From a virus, in the IMG/VR virus record IMGVR_UViG_3300036766_000184, positions 23,864 to 87,863 of that record: a stretch of 64,000 nucleotides of DNA, one strand, 5' to 3'. Numbering within the stretch: the first letter of the stretch is position 1; the number at the start of each line of letters is the position of its first letter. Made by a program: the position numbers and the translations under genes. The notes under the pieces were generated by a model. It did no database searches. It was not told the origin of the DNA and was given only the letters and a program-made list of their open reading frames with translations. This document shows positions 49,931 through 59,386 of the stretch, one piece after another.

Positions 49931-51118
49931 ATGCGTTTCCGCCTCTGTCCGACGCCCGAGCAAGTCATCGTCTTGGAGCGCCACTGCGCCGACGCGCGCT
50001 TCGTCTGGAATCTCGCCTTGGAGCAACGGATGCTACACCGAATCCGGCTGCGCCCGTCGCCAAGTTATGTCGAGCAGAGCCGCCAAATGACGGAGGCGCG
50101 CGCCGACAACCCGTGGCTGGCTGATGGCTCGCATGTGGTCCAGCAACAGGCGCTCCGCGACCTCGATCAAGCCTTCCGGTACTTCTTCAACGGCACCCAT
50201 GGTTATCCCAAGTGGCGGAAACGCGGCGCGAACGAAGGTCTCCGAATCGTCGCTGTGCAGCCGGACGACATCCGCCGCCTGTCCCGCCACAAGGGCGCGA
50301 TCCAAATTCCGAAGATCGGCACCGTAAAGTTCCGCTGGTCGCGCGACCCGGGCGAGCCCAAGTCTTTCCGCGTAACCCGCGACGCCGCCGGTCGCTGGCA
50401 TGTTGCGTTCGCGGTGATCCCGCCCGCCATCGAGGGCCCAGGCACCGGCGAGGTCGTCGGTCTCGACCGCGGGGTGGCCGTCTCGGTGATGACGAGTAAT
50501 GGCGAGGCGTTCTACGCGCCGACGCTGCGTCCGAAGGAATCCGAGCGGCTCATGAGATTGCAGCGCCGACTTTCGCACGCGATGCTAGGAAGCAATCGGC
50601 GCCATCGCGTAAAGCGATCCATCGCGATCGTGCGCGCCCGCGAAGTCCAGCGGCGAAAAGATTGGATCGAGAAAACGACGACCACGCTTGCGCGGCTCTA
50701 CGACATCGCAAAAGTCGAGGCGTTGAAGATCGGGAACATGACGCGCTCAGCGCACGGGACTGTCGCACAGCCCGGATGTCGGGTGCGCCAGAAAGCCGGC
50801 CTGAATCGCGCGATTCTCGCCCAAGGCTGGGGCTTGTTCGTCGCGCGGCTGGAACAGAAGATGCCGGGCCGCGTCGCCCGAGTCGACCCGCAATATACAA
50901 GTCAGCGGTGCAGCGAATGCGGGCACGTCGCCGCCGAATCGCGCGAGAGCCAAGCGCGATTCCGGTGCGTGTTCTGTGGATTCTCGCTGCACGCCGACCT
51001 CAACGCAGCACGCAATATCGCGGGCGGGCAGCCCGTGACAGCGCGGGGAGCGCGGATCAGTAAGCGCCGTGCCGTGAACCGCGAACCTCACCAGCGCCGC
51101 CGTTCCGAGGTGGCGTAG
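49931..51118 (+). CDS. tnpB: RNA-guided nuclease TnpB (IS200/IS605 family)
   Basis: FRLCPTPEQ, RFVWNLAL, RuvC GLDRG / VEAL / ADLNAARNI, Zn finger CSECG..CVFCG. Confidence 0.95.
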   Translation: MRFRLCPTPEQVIVLERHCADARFVWNLALEQRMLHRIRLRPSPSYVEQSRQMTEARADNPWLADGSHVVQQQALRDLDQAFRYFFNGTHGYPKWRKRGANEGLRIVAVQPDDIRRLSRHKGAIQIPKIGTVKFRWSRDPGEPKSFRVTRDAAGRWHVAFAVIPPAIEGPGTGEVVGLDRGVAVSVMTSNGEAFYAPTLRPKESERLMRLQRRLSHAMLGSNRRHRVKRSIAIVRAREVQRRKDWIEKTTTTLARLYDIAKVEALKIGNMTRSAHGTVAQPGCRVRQKAGLNRAILAQGWGLFVARLEQKMPGRVARVDPQYTSQRCSECGHVAAESRESQARFRCVFCGFSLHADLNAARNIAGGQPVTARGARISKRRAVNREPHQRRRSEVA

Positions 51119-51175
51119 GTGAAATCCCACAATTCTAGTAGTGGGAGGATGTCAACTGCCAGGCGGACGGATCAG

Positions 51176-51349
51176 ATGATCTCGACGGCGCGTATCCCCG
51201 AGCAGGCGTACTGTACGAAATGCCACGCGCTCGTCGCCTTCGTGAACGGCACCACGAAGATCACCGAGGGGGTGTCGGTACGGACGGCGCGTTGCCCAGG
51301 CTGCGATCAAGAAATCGTGCGGGTGGGCGGCGCCCGCGATGGAGGTTAG
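51176..51349 (+). CDS. DUF5679-like zinc ribbon protein
   Basis: AYCTKCH...ARCPGCDQEIVRVG. Confidence 0.6.
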   Translation: MISTARIPEQAYCTKCHALVAFVNGTTKITEGVSVRTARCPGCDQEIVRVGGARDGG

Positions 51350-51352
51350 AGT

Positions 51353-51556
51353 ATGGACGACGTGATCCGGCTGATCGAGGATCGGCTGACCGAGAACAAC
51401 GAAGAGCGCGCCCGACTGACGCGCGAATCGAGTGAGTTGCGGACCGCGGCGACGCTCCTTCGTACCGGCGAGGCGCTCGGGATCGTGATGGCGAGATTGC
51501 GCGCGGCCGGCATCGAGCCAGCCGACTGGCCCGTGGCCCAGAAAGCGAGAGACTGA
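51353..51556 (+). CDS. Hypothetical protein
   Basis: GGAGGT RBS. Confidence 0.6.
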   Translation: MDDVIRLIEDRLTENNEERARLTRESSELRTAATLLRTGEALGIVMARLRAAGIEPADWPVAQKARD

Positions 51557-51557
51557 C

Positions 51558-51742
51558 ATGGAGTGCTACATCGGAACGAAAATCGTCCAGGCGGAGCCGA
51601 TGCTCGACACGATCTTCGAGTTCAAGTACAGCAAGAAGCTCAAGACGGGTATGTCTCGTGGAGTCCGAAGGAGACATTCGAGCGCGCGTACCGGCTCGTA
51701 ACGGACGCGGAGCGCGGACTGCTGACTGAGAATCCTCACTGA
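51558..51742 (+). pseudogene. Frameshifted small phage domain (YIGTK..AEPM / DGYVSWSPKETFERAY)
   Basis: The two conserved halves lie in different frames; break near 51640. Confidence 0.7.
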
Positions 51743-51815
51743 TCCGACCACTTCCGCGTTATCGTGGCGATAGTCCTGCTCCTGCTCAAGGAAGGACTCG
51801 GAGGGTTGGCGGCTC

Positions 51816-52280
51816 TTGCGTAACGCGAATCCGCATCATCCCGGGAACTTCAAAAAGGGCAACAAGGTCGGGGGCGGGCGCCCCAAAGGCTCTAAGAATG
51901 TCGTCCCCGCCGACCTCAAGGCCCTCGTCGCGCAGCTCGGCACGACGGACTCGAAGCTCGTCATGGACGCCTTCATAAAAGGCATCAAGTCCGACCCCCC
52001 GCACAGCGCCTCCTACATCAAGATGGCCTTGGAGCGCAACCTCGGCCCCGTCCCCAAGGAGCCACTCGACCCGACCCGTATGCCGATGTTCATCGTCCTG
52101 GCCCGCGCGCTCGGCTACGATCCGCTGGCGATCCCCCCCGACGAAGCCCCGGCCGTGGTCCACAAGGCGCTGGCGGAGGGCGCGCGTGTTGCAGAGGCCA
52201 AGCGGGTGTCGTCCATGCCCTTGCCCGCGCCGGGCAGCGCGGCGGCCGATTCGACCGATGATCTAGAGATCGTGTCGTAG
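51816..52280 (+). CDS. Putative terminase small subunit (DUF5681-like N-terminus)
   Basis: GNFKKGNKVGGGRPKGSKN. Confidence 0.6.
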   Translation: MRNANPHHPGNFKKGNKVGGGRPKGSKNVVPADLKALVAQLGTTDSKLVMDAFIKGIKSDPPHSASYIKMALERNLGPVPKEPLDPTRMPMFIVLARALGYDPLAIPPDEAPAVVHKALAEGARVAEAKRVSSMPLPAPGSAAADSTDDLEIVS

Positions 52281-52283
52281 GGC

Positions 52284-52313
52284 TTGACATGCGGAGTGAG
52301 TTCACAGTATAAA
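52284..52313 (+). promoter_or_regulatory. Promoter with GTGAGTTCAC operator
   Basis: TTGACA, 18 bp, TATAAA; shares cggagtgagttcacagta with the 31514 promoter. Confidence 0.75.
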
Positions 52314-52320
52314 TACCCGC

Positions 52321-52512
52321 ATGAAGATACTCACCGAGTTCGAGGCGACGATCAGCGCGATGAGCGGGCACAACATCAAGAACGAGGACGTGCGTGTGAC
52401 GGCCGCCTATTCGCACGCGAATGTCGGATCGGTCACGTTCGATATTCCCGCTGTCGTCGCGCGTGAGCTTCACATCGGCCAGCGCATCCTTATGACCCCC
52501 GCGACGGACTAA
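52321..52512 (+). CDS. Small hypothetical protein, probably leaderless
   Basis: ATG 7 nt after the -10 box, no SD. Confidence 0.55.
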   Translation: MKILTEFEATISAMSGHNIKNEDVRVTAAYSHANVGSVTFDIPAVVARELHIGQRILMTPATD

Positions 52513-52657
52513 CGATGGACACCCGGCCTGTCACTGTCACCCTGACCCTCGCGATCCCCACAGACTGCACAAACGAGCAGATCGACGCCGCGCTCCGCGA
52601 GACGATCGGAGAGCAGCTCGACTCCTGGGTCGTGACGGATGTTGAGGTGGTGAGCGC

Positions 52658-53011
52658 GTGAGGCATCGAGCGGCGACCTCATTGATGCTGATGGTGGCGT
52701 GTTCTCTGGTCATGGGTTGCGCTGATGGCTGGTTCTGCCGGGACCACGACGAACTCCAGTCGGCGACACTCCAGCACCTCTACACGCTGAACATATCTAG
52801 GTTCGACCCCGACGCCGAGATCAACGCGAAAGAGAAGAGGGTCATCGCCTTGAGGGAATGGGCGCGCACGCTAGATGATCGTTGCATCCGCGCCGTGTAT
52901 ATGGACTGGCTCGACTACTTTGATCGCGAGATCGCAGGCGCTCGGTCCTATAAGGAAAAGCAGATCAACGCGCAGAATCGAGCGCGGCAGATCCCGGCGC
53001 CACCACAATGA
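52658..53011 (+). CDS. Putative lipoprotein
   Basis: MRHRAATSLMLMVACSLVMG-C lipobox-like. Confidence 0.55.
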   Translation: MRHRAATSLMLMVACSLVMGCADGWFCRDHDELQSATLQHLYTLNISRFDPDAEINAKEKRVIALREWARTLDDRCIRAVYMDWLDYFDREIAGARSYKEKQINAQNRARQIPAPPQ

Positions 53012-53250
53012 AGCGCTGGGCCTCGATCCTCCTGTGCGGCTGGATTCTGTGGGGGCCGGAATGGGTTGATACGTCCTCCAAAGTGATGCAAAGCATCGGG
53101 CCAACGATTGCAGTCGCTGGCTTCGATACAAGAAAAGAATGTGAGTCGGCGCAAGCCAATCGCGACAAAACGCATGGTGTATTCAGTCTGTCCAGCACTA
53201 ACGTTTGGATCAGCGCCAATCGCTGCTGGCCCGCAGGCCACAAGCCATGA
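53008..53250 (+). CDS. Small exported Cys-pair protein
   Basis: CGWILW...GFDTRKECES...RCWP. Confidence 0.6.
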   Translation: MKRWASILLCGWILWGPEWVDTSSKVMQSIGPTIAVAGFDTRKECESAQANRDKTHGVFSLSSTNVWISANRCWPAGHKP

Positions 53251-53329
53251 GGCGCGGGCTCGTGCTCCGGTTCGTGGACTGGCTGATCGCCGCGCTGGAT
53301 CGCTCATGTGACGCGGAGCGAGAGCGCCG

Positions 53330-53704
53330 ATGAGGCGCCGCCGCTCGACGCCCGATACTCAGGCCGCCCTGATCTTCGACGCGACTGCCGGCGCATCGCT
53401 CAAGCGCGACGGCATGGCCCGGGCCGAGCAGCATGCGGGCGCGCTCTGGAACGCCACGATGGACGGGATCGTTCACGCGCTCTGCGGATCGCTGACCCTC
53501 GGGGTGATGACAACGGACGACCTCTGGCGAGAGATCGGCGCGCGCAAGCTGACGCCGCCTCGGGAAGGTCGCGCCCTCGGGCCAGTGATGCGACGGGCCG
53601 CGGGGGCGGGCTGGCTCAAGCGGACGGATGCGTGGCAGCCCAGCGAGCGCGCGGCGTGTCACGGGCGGGACATTCGTGTGTGGGCGATCTTGCGGAGGAT
53701 GTGA
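53330..53704 (+). CDS. Hypothetical phage protein
   Basis: KRDGMARA...RALGPVMRRAA..G......CHGR.IRVW. Confidence 0.65.
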   Translation: MRRRRSTPDTQAALIFDATAGASLKRDGMARAEQHAGALWNATMDGIVHALCGSLTLGVMTTDDLWREIGARKLTPPREGRALGPVMRRAAGAGWLKRTDAWQPSERAACHGRDIRVWAILRRM

Positions 53705-54612
53705 TGGGCCAGACGACGGGCATCCAGTTCGCGGACTCCACGGCCAACGGCATGATGGGTTGCGATGGATGCGAGTTGTGGTTTACCCGAGCCGATGGTA
53801 CTCGCGTCCGCATCTGCTACGCAGGGGTCGCTACGGAGAACATGCTAAGCAACGGACCCCGTAAGGGCTGGCCGACATCGTTCGACACCCCAGCACTATT
53901 CCCGGGTCGCATCGAAGCGACTGCGCGCTGGAAGGATCTCACGGGTACTGCCCGTCCACGAAAGCCGTGGCTTGATGGGATGCCGCGAGTCATCTTCTGT
54001 GACGACATGGGTGATCGGTGGACGGCTTCGCTTCCCATTGACTCACTCGCGCCAACGCTTTCTGTGATCGCCAAGAGTCCGCACATCTACCTGTTTTTCA
54101 CGAAGCGACCGGATCGAGCGGCGACCTTCTCGCAAACGCACCGGCTCCCGGAGAATCTGTGGCTCGTGACGACCATCACCGGCGCTCAGGATGCGAGACT
54201 TCGAGCCTTGCGTCGCGCGAAAGCCGCTGTGCTCGGAGTGAGTTACGAGCCGATCCTGCGCGACGCAGGCGATGCCGTGCGGCGGCATCCATGGGCGCGC
54301 TGGTGGATCTTCGGCGGATCGTCCGGTGTCGAAGCCAAGATGACTGACTTGGCGGTGATTCGTTCCGGCGTAGTCGCCTGTCGTGAGGTTGGGTCGGCGG
54401 CGTTTGTGAAGCAGTTCGGTGCCAAGCCGGTCTACAGCGAAGAGATCGGAGAGCCGTTCGGACCCGGCATCTCCGGCGATGACGAGATGGCGATGATGCC
54501 CGGTGGTCGCCTGCTTCACCGACTCAAACTCCGGCACCCCAAGGGCGGCGATTGGAATGAATGGCACTTCAAGGATCTCCGCGTCCGGGAATACCCCACG
54601 GTGACCCCATGA
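53704..54612 (+). CDS. DUF5131 (phage Gp37/Gp68) three-Cys protein
   Basis: TGIQFADST.N...GCDGC...CYA, IFCDDMGD, FFTKRP, SYEPIL, FVKQFG, KGGDWNEW..DLRVREYP. Confidence 0.85.
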   Translation: MGQTTGIQFADSTANGMMGCDGCELWFTRADGTRVRICYAGVATENMLSNGPRKGWPTSFDTPALFPGRIEATARWKDLTGTARPRKPWLDGMPRVIFCDDMGDRWTASLPIDSLAPTLSVIAKSPHIYLFFTKRPDRAATFSQTHRLPENLWLVTTITGAQDARLRALRRAKAAVLGVSYEPILRDAGDAVRRHPWARWWIFGGSSGVEAKMTDLAVIRSGVVACREVGSAAFVKQFGAKPVYSEEIGEPFGPGISGDDEMAMMPGGRLLHRLKLRHPKGGDWNEWHFKDLRVREYPTVTP

Positions 54613-55013
54613 GCGGCTCCCGCTTCATGGCTGTCCTCGAAACCAGCTACCCGGACCTGGTGAAGGCCCTCGCGGACATGGACGGTATTGTCGGGAACCG
54701 AGAGGTCGAAGTCCTCCAGGCCCTGTGCGCGAGCAACGACGAAGCCGAACGGTTGAACGCGGCGATGCGAGGCGCGACGGGCGACCTTACTGGGATTTTC
54801 CAAGACTTCGAGGGCAACAGCCGGGTCGACGCGAAGCGGGCGCAGATCCAGTTCAACGTCCACACGGTCAGTCTGTTGCTTAGGATGATCGAGTTGGGGG
54901 TCTGGCTCGGCCAGGAGAGGTTGATGTCGCTCAAGCCAGCGCCACTCCGGCACCGGCTCAAGATCCTCGAAGACGAAGCGCGTAAGAAAGCGGCCGAGAA
55001 GAAGGCTCCGTAG
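54609..55013 (+). CDS. Hypothetical protein
   Basis: ATGA-coupled ORF. Confidence 0.6.
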   Translation: MSGSRFMAVLETSYPDLVKALADMDGIVGNREVEVLQALCASNDEAERLNAAMRGATGDLTGIFQDFEGNSRVDAKRAQIQFNVHTVSLLLRMIELGVWLGQERLMSLKPAPLRHRLKILEDEARKKAAEKKAP

Positions 55014-55056
55014 TCACTGCCCGGCGGGCAACGATCATCATCGTGAAAGGAACCCA

Positions 55057-55508
55057 ATGCTCTTAACAAAACAGCAGTTACTTGCTCACCTCATGGCCTC
55101 CGACGACGACACCCGCTTCGTCCTTCAGCACCTCCAGGTCGAGCCCGGCCACGGCCCGCACGGCTCAGTCCTGGCGACCAACGGGCACCTCGCGGTCATC
55201 GTGACGAGCAAGGACTTGCCGAGCGAAGGCGACCTCCCCGAGGTGCCGAACCAGCGCGGCGCGGACCCTGACCGACCGGTCTACCTTCACGCCGCAGCGG
55301 CGGCAGCGGCGGCCAAGATCACGCCGAAGAAGTCGGACAAGGCCGGGTTCCAGCTCGGCCGTCTCCGGGTCGAAGAGGGCGTCGGCGCTGCGAGCCGTCT
55401 CTCGGTCGGGGCCAGCGACGGGATCACGCCTCAGCTCGTGATGACCGACGAGCCGACCGAGATGCGCTTCCCGGACATGCGTCCCGTGTTCCCGACCGAG
55501 GCCCCGGT
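55057..55508 (+). pseudogene. Beta-clamp-like gene, 5' part (interrupted by transposon)
   Basis: DDDTRFVLQHLQV, LATNGH, RFPDMRPVFP resemble DnaN domain II motifs. Confidence 0.75.
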
Positions 55509-55529
55509 GGCTTTGCCCAACAACCCGCA

Positions 55530-56801
55530 CTAACCGGCGAGTTGTTGGGCACCGTCGTCGCCTGCCCAAAAAGTAGGGTCGATTCCTAGCTCATACATTT
55601 CGTGAATCACCACGACGAGATTGTGACACAGCACCTTGCACAGCGCCTCGTTCACCATCGCCACGGCCGTCTTGCTCCGCACAGCGTCACCAAACTTCCG
55701 CTTAATCATGGAGAACGTCGTCTCGACGTTGCTCCGCTTGTGATAGTGCTCTAGGAAGTCCGCGCGGCGATACATGAAGTAGCCGAACATCTTGTTCCAC
55801 ATGCCGCCCGTCAGTCCGGTGTCCGACGTGCGGTACGCGATGTACGGCGTCGCGCCGTGCGCGGCGACGGCCTCCGCGTTCTTCGCGCTGGCGTAGCCCT
55901 TGTCCGCCGACACTTCTGCGACGGCGAAGTTACGCGCCGTCGTGTCTACGAGCGCCGGTAGCTGGTGCGCGTCCGACGCGTTGCGCCCGTGAATCTCGAT
56001 CGCGGTGACGATGTTCGTCTTGACGCCGCACATGATGTGGACCTTGACCCAATCGTGCTCCTGCCGCTCCTGCCCGTACTTGTGATCGAACCAGCGGTGA
56101 AACTTGTTCGTCGTGAAGCCCGACGAGTCGGCGGCGAAGTCGACTTCCACGCCCTTCAACGGCAGGCTGCTCCGCACGATCAGATCGCGGAGGATCGGAG
56201 TGAGCGCCGGATTCTCTAGGTAGTTGAAGATCGAGTTGTAGTGGGGCACGCGGGACACGTAGCCGCGCCGCTGCGCCTCGCGCAGATCGGACATGAAGCG
56301 CCGTCCGCTCACCGTTGAGTAGACCTTGAACGCGCTGCTGAATACGGCGTCGGCCAGCGGCAGGCGTGGACGGCCACCACGAGGCGCGTGCGTCTCCGGC
56401 TCCTGAATCCCCCGGCACAGATCGCGGAGCAGGACTTGGAAGCGGTCTTTCTCGCCGGTCTGCGCGGCGTTGTACGCGGGCCACTGTTGCGGGTACGTGC
56501 GCTTGACCGTCTCCGTCAGCGTCAACGACCGCGTGAACGTGACCCGACCGTCCGCACGCTGCTCCCGCTCCATCACGAATCGGACGGCGTAGACGTGCTT
56601 GCAGTCAAGGCCGCGCGTCTCGTAGTCGGGGCACGTGCAGGTCGCCCCGCGCACTTTGCTCAGGATGACGCTGTAGCGCCCGTTGCCGCTCTGCGAAGGG
56701 ACGCGCCACGCGCCCTCGTGTAGCTCGATGCGGCTCCGCGCCGCGATCTCTAGCCCGCGCTGCTCCCGGCCGTCCGTCGTGTCCATCGTCCTGCCCTCCA
56801 T
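55530..56801 (-). CDS. DDE transposase (IS4/IS5 superfamily) with N-terminal SWIM finger
   Basis: CTCPDY...CKH; ADSSG, ADKGY, YHKRSNVETTFSMIK (Y-2-R-3-E-6-K). Confidence 0.93.
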   Translation of the reverse strand: MEGRTMDTTDGREQRGLEIAARSRIELHEGAWRVPSQSGNGRYSVILSKVRGATCTCPDYETRGLDCKHVYAVRFVMEREQRADGRVTFTRSLTLTETVKRTYPQQWPAYNAAQTGEKDRFQVLLRDLCRGIQEPETHAPRGGRPRLPLADAVFSSAFKVYSTVSGRRFMSDLREAQRRGYVSRVPHYNSIFNYLENPALTPILRDLIVRSSLPLKGVEVDFAADSSGFTTNKFHRWFDHKYGQERQEHDWVKVHIMCGVKTNIVTAIEIHGRNASDAHQLPALVDTTARNFAVAEVSADKGYASAKNAEAVAAHGATPYIAYRTSDTGLTGGMWNKMFGYFMYRRADFLEHYHKRSNVETTFSMIKRKFGDAVRSKTAVAMVNEALCKVLCHNLVVVIHEMYELGIDPTFWAGDDGAQQLAG

Positions 56802-56900
56802 GTGGTACTACTAATATATTACTTGAAAGGACATACAGGAGTCAACACCCCGGCAACGAATTACTTGACGTGATATATCAGCAAGGGATACAAGTAGCGT

Positions 56901-57083
56901 ATGGCAAAGGTGACGTTGACGGTCCAGGGCTTCCGGTGCGAGCGTTGCAATCACCAATGGACGCCGCGCGTCGCTGGCAAAGAGCCAAGAGTCTGCCCCA
57001 ACCCGAAGTGCCACAGCCCGTACTGGAACAGCCCGCGTCGGACCGAGAAGCGAAAGATCTTACCAAAGCGGAAACCTCGTTAG
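56901..57083 (+). CDS. Small zinc-ribbon passenger protein
   Basis: CERCNHQW.PR.....CPNPKCHSPYW; divergent from transposase. Confidence 0.7.
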   Translation: MAKVTLTVQGFRCERCNHQWTPRVAGKEPRVCPNPKCHSPYWNSPRRTEKRKILPKRKPR

Positions 57084-57177
57084 GCGCTACCGGATGAGGA
57101 CCCGTCAGACCTCGAACCCAACCCCTAGTAGTTTACTGTTGCGTCCGCAACAAGGCCCGGGTATAACTCGCGCCCAG

Positions 57178-58092
57178 ATGTCAGTGCTCGTGGAGCCCGG
57201 CAGCGTGAAGGGTCTCCGACTAGAGGCTGGCTTCTCGCTCGACGCCGATGCGGTGCTCTACAAGGGCGATTGCGTCGAGTTTCTCGGGAGCCTGCCCGAT
57301 GGCGTCGCGCGCCTCGTCGTCACATCACCGCCCTACAACATCGGCAAGCGGTACGAGCACCGGATGAAGTTCGATGACTACCTCGCGGATCAGGCGAAAG
57401 TGATCAAGGAGTGCGTCCGGGTACTCGCGGACGACGGCTCGATCTGCTGGCAGGTCGGAAACTTCGTGGATGACAACGAGATCATCCCGCTCGACGTGGC
57501 CCTCTGGCCGACGTTCCGAAGCCTCGGCCTCAAGATGAGGAATCGCATCATTTGGCACTTTGAGCACGGGCTACACTGTTCGCGGCGTTTCTCCGGTCGC
57601 TACGAGACGATTGTCTGGCTCACGAAGTCAGATGACTACGTGTTCAATCTCGATACAGTCCGCGTCCCGCAGAAATATCCCGGCAAGAAATACTTCAAGG
57701 GGCCGAAGCAGGGGCAGTTCTCCTGCAACCCGCTCGGGAAGAACCCCGGTGACCTGTGGATCATTCCGAACGTCAAGCACAACCACATCGAAAAAACAGC
57801 GCACCCCTGCCAATTCCCGGTGGAATTGGTAGAGCGCCTTGTGCTCTCGATGACGAATCCGGGCGATTGGGTACTCGATCCCTATATGGGGGTCGGGACG
57901 GCCCCTGCCGCCGCGATACGCCAAGGTCGCAAGGGCATGGGGGCAGAGCTGCTCCCCGAGTACGTTGCGCTTGCCCGCGAGCGCGTCACCGCCGCGAAGG
58001 ATGGAACGCTGCGGACTCGACCGATGGACCGGCCCGTGTACAAGCCGAGCGGTAGAGAGCAGGTGTCTCAGCGCCCACTCGCCGGAGTCTGA
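57178..58092 (+). CDS. Beta-class amino DNA methyltransferase (probably N4-cytosine)
   Basis: VTSPPYN, GKNPGDLW, HPCQFP, VLDPYMGVGT. Confidence 0.93.
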   Translation: MSVLVEPGSVKGLRLEAGFSLDADAVLYKGDCVEFLGSLPDGVARLVVTSPPYNIGKRYEHRMKFDDYLADQAKVIKECVRVLADDGSICWQVGNFVDDNEIIPLDVALWPTFRSLGLKMRNRIIWHFEHGLHCSRRFSGRYETIVWLTKSDDYVFNLDTVRVPQKYPGKKYFKGPKQGQFSCNPLGKNPGDLWIIPNVKHNHIEKTAHPCQFPVELVERLVLSMTNPGDWVLDPYMGVGTAPAAAIRQGRKGMGAELLPEYVALARERVTAAKDGTLRTRPMDRPVYKPSGREQVSQRPLAGV

Positions 58093-58099
58093 GTCGAAG

Positions 58100-58798
58100 G
58101 TGAAGATCGTAGACGTGTTCAGCCATCGGAATGGGCGGGACATTCTTGAGAGCCCGAATTTCAGTATGGCGTTTCACGAGTTCATGGAAGTCCTGAGCGG
58201 CCTACCTCCGTACCGCGCCGCCAAGCCGAAGAAGACATCATCGAATCACGTGATCGCTCCGGGCGCGATGAATCGCTGGCTCGACCAGGAGCTATGCATC
58301 GCGCGGGATTGGGACTGGCATCCCTTGGTAATCGACGCGGATCCAGACGACGAGACCCGCAAGAGCCAGCTACGTTCGGACTTCCGTAAGGCCCGCATCG
58401 AGGTAGAGGTACAGTTCGGGAACGTCGCGCGCTACGCCTATGACGTCTACAAAATGGCTATCTCGATGGCCCTTGGCCATTCCGACGTAGGGATCATGGT
58501 GGTCTGTACGAAGAAGTTCGCGGGCATCACGGGCGGGAACATCGCCTACTACGAACGCGCTGTTCGGGAATTGGAGCGGTCACGCCTGACGCTCATCGTG
58601 CCGCTCGTCGTCGTCGGCATCGAACCTGAGCAATGGGTATTCGACGCCTACCCCGGCGAGGATAAGGCTCCTGACGTCACGGCGAAGACCATCAATGCCG
58701 TCCGTAAGCAACGCGGGGCACCGCCCGTGCCTGAGGTTGAGACGGACGAAGAATTGTCACTGGGCGACATCCGGCGGATCGCCGCGCGCGTGGCGTGA
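58100..58798 (+). CDS. Type II restriction endonuclease, BglII/BstYI-like
   Basis: FSHRNG, SDFRKARIEVEVQFGN...YDVYK, DVGI, YYERAV, VPLVVVGI. Confidence 0.85.
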   Translation: MKIVDVFSHRNGRDILESPNFSMAFHEFMEVLSGLPPYRAAKPKKTSSNHVIAPGAMNRWLDQELCIARDWDWHPLVIDADPDDETRKSQLRSDFRKARIEVEVQFGNVARYAYDVYKMAISMALGHSDVGIMVVCTKKFAGITGGNIAYYERAVRELERSRLTLIVPLVVVGIEPEQWVFDAYPGEDKAPDVTAKTINAVRKQRGAPPVPEVETDEELSLGDIRRIAARVA

Positions 58799-58862
58799 GG
58801 TTTTTGGGCAACCGTGCCGGTTATTGGGCAACGGGGCGTTGTTGGGCAAAGCCGGCCCCGGT

Positions 58863-59298
58863 CGCCCAGATTCTATTAAGCGCCAAATACCTCAAGCTCG
58901 TGGCCCAGTACGCCGAGAAGTTCGCGGCCACGGAACGTCCGGCGATTCGGCTGACCTTCTTCAGCCCCGGCAAGCCCGTCATCTTCGACTGGTCGGACGC
59001 GCGTCACGATGTCCGCGGGCTCTTGATGCCGATGCTGGATGCCTCGTCGCGTCGGGATGCGGTCGCGGCGGCCGAAACTCCCGAGGCGCAGGCGTTAGCG
59101 GCGGCCACGAGACTCCTGGTGCCTGACGCGGCGGCGACGGTCCCTGGCGTGACCCCGCTTGTCCCGGACATGATCGAGCTGGGCGGTGCCGACGACGCGA
59201 TGGCGCGCGCGGCGCTCAACGCCCGAGAGAAGTCCAACGCGGCCAAGGGCGCGAAGGCGAAGAAGGCCACGAACTCAGGCGGGCCGATCGCAACGTGA
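58863..59298 (+). pseudogene. Beta-clamp-like gene, 3' part
   Basis: ILLSAKYL...IRLTF..P.KP...GLLMPM resembles the DnaN C-terminal domain; in frame with the 5' part once the element and one TSD are removed. Confidence 0.75.
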
Positions 59299-59386
59299 AA
59301 AAGCTACGCGCCCGCCTACTCCCGTTGGTATGCTGCGCGGTGTGACCATGCCGATTTCTCGTGACCATCCAAGGGGAGCCACCACC

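Larger units (their letters stand above)
49772..51155 (+). mobile_element. IS1341-like (TnpA-less) element; left boundary uncertain
   Basis: Right end hairpin tcccac/gtggga followed by GGATGTCAA (ends 51155); TTGAT at 49767-71 is a candidate TAM. Confidence 0.6.
55509..58853. mobile_element. 3345-bp transposon with R-M cargo
   Basis: Perfect 16-bp TIR ggctttgcccaacaac/gttgttgggcaaagcc; 9-bp TSD ggccccggt at 55500-55508 and 58854-58862. Confidence 0.95.

Noticed and set aside
58795-58862. Independent gene start for ORF 58795-59298
   Set aside because: The first ~20 codons are transposon end sequence; the rest is the 3' half of the interrupted clamp-like gene
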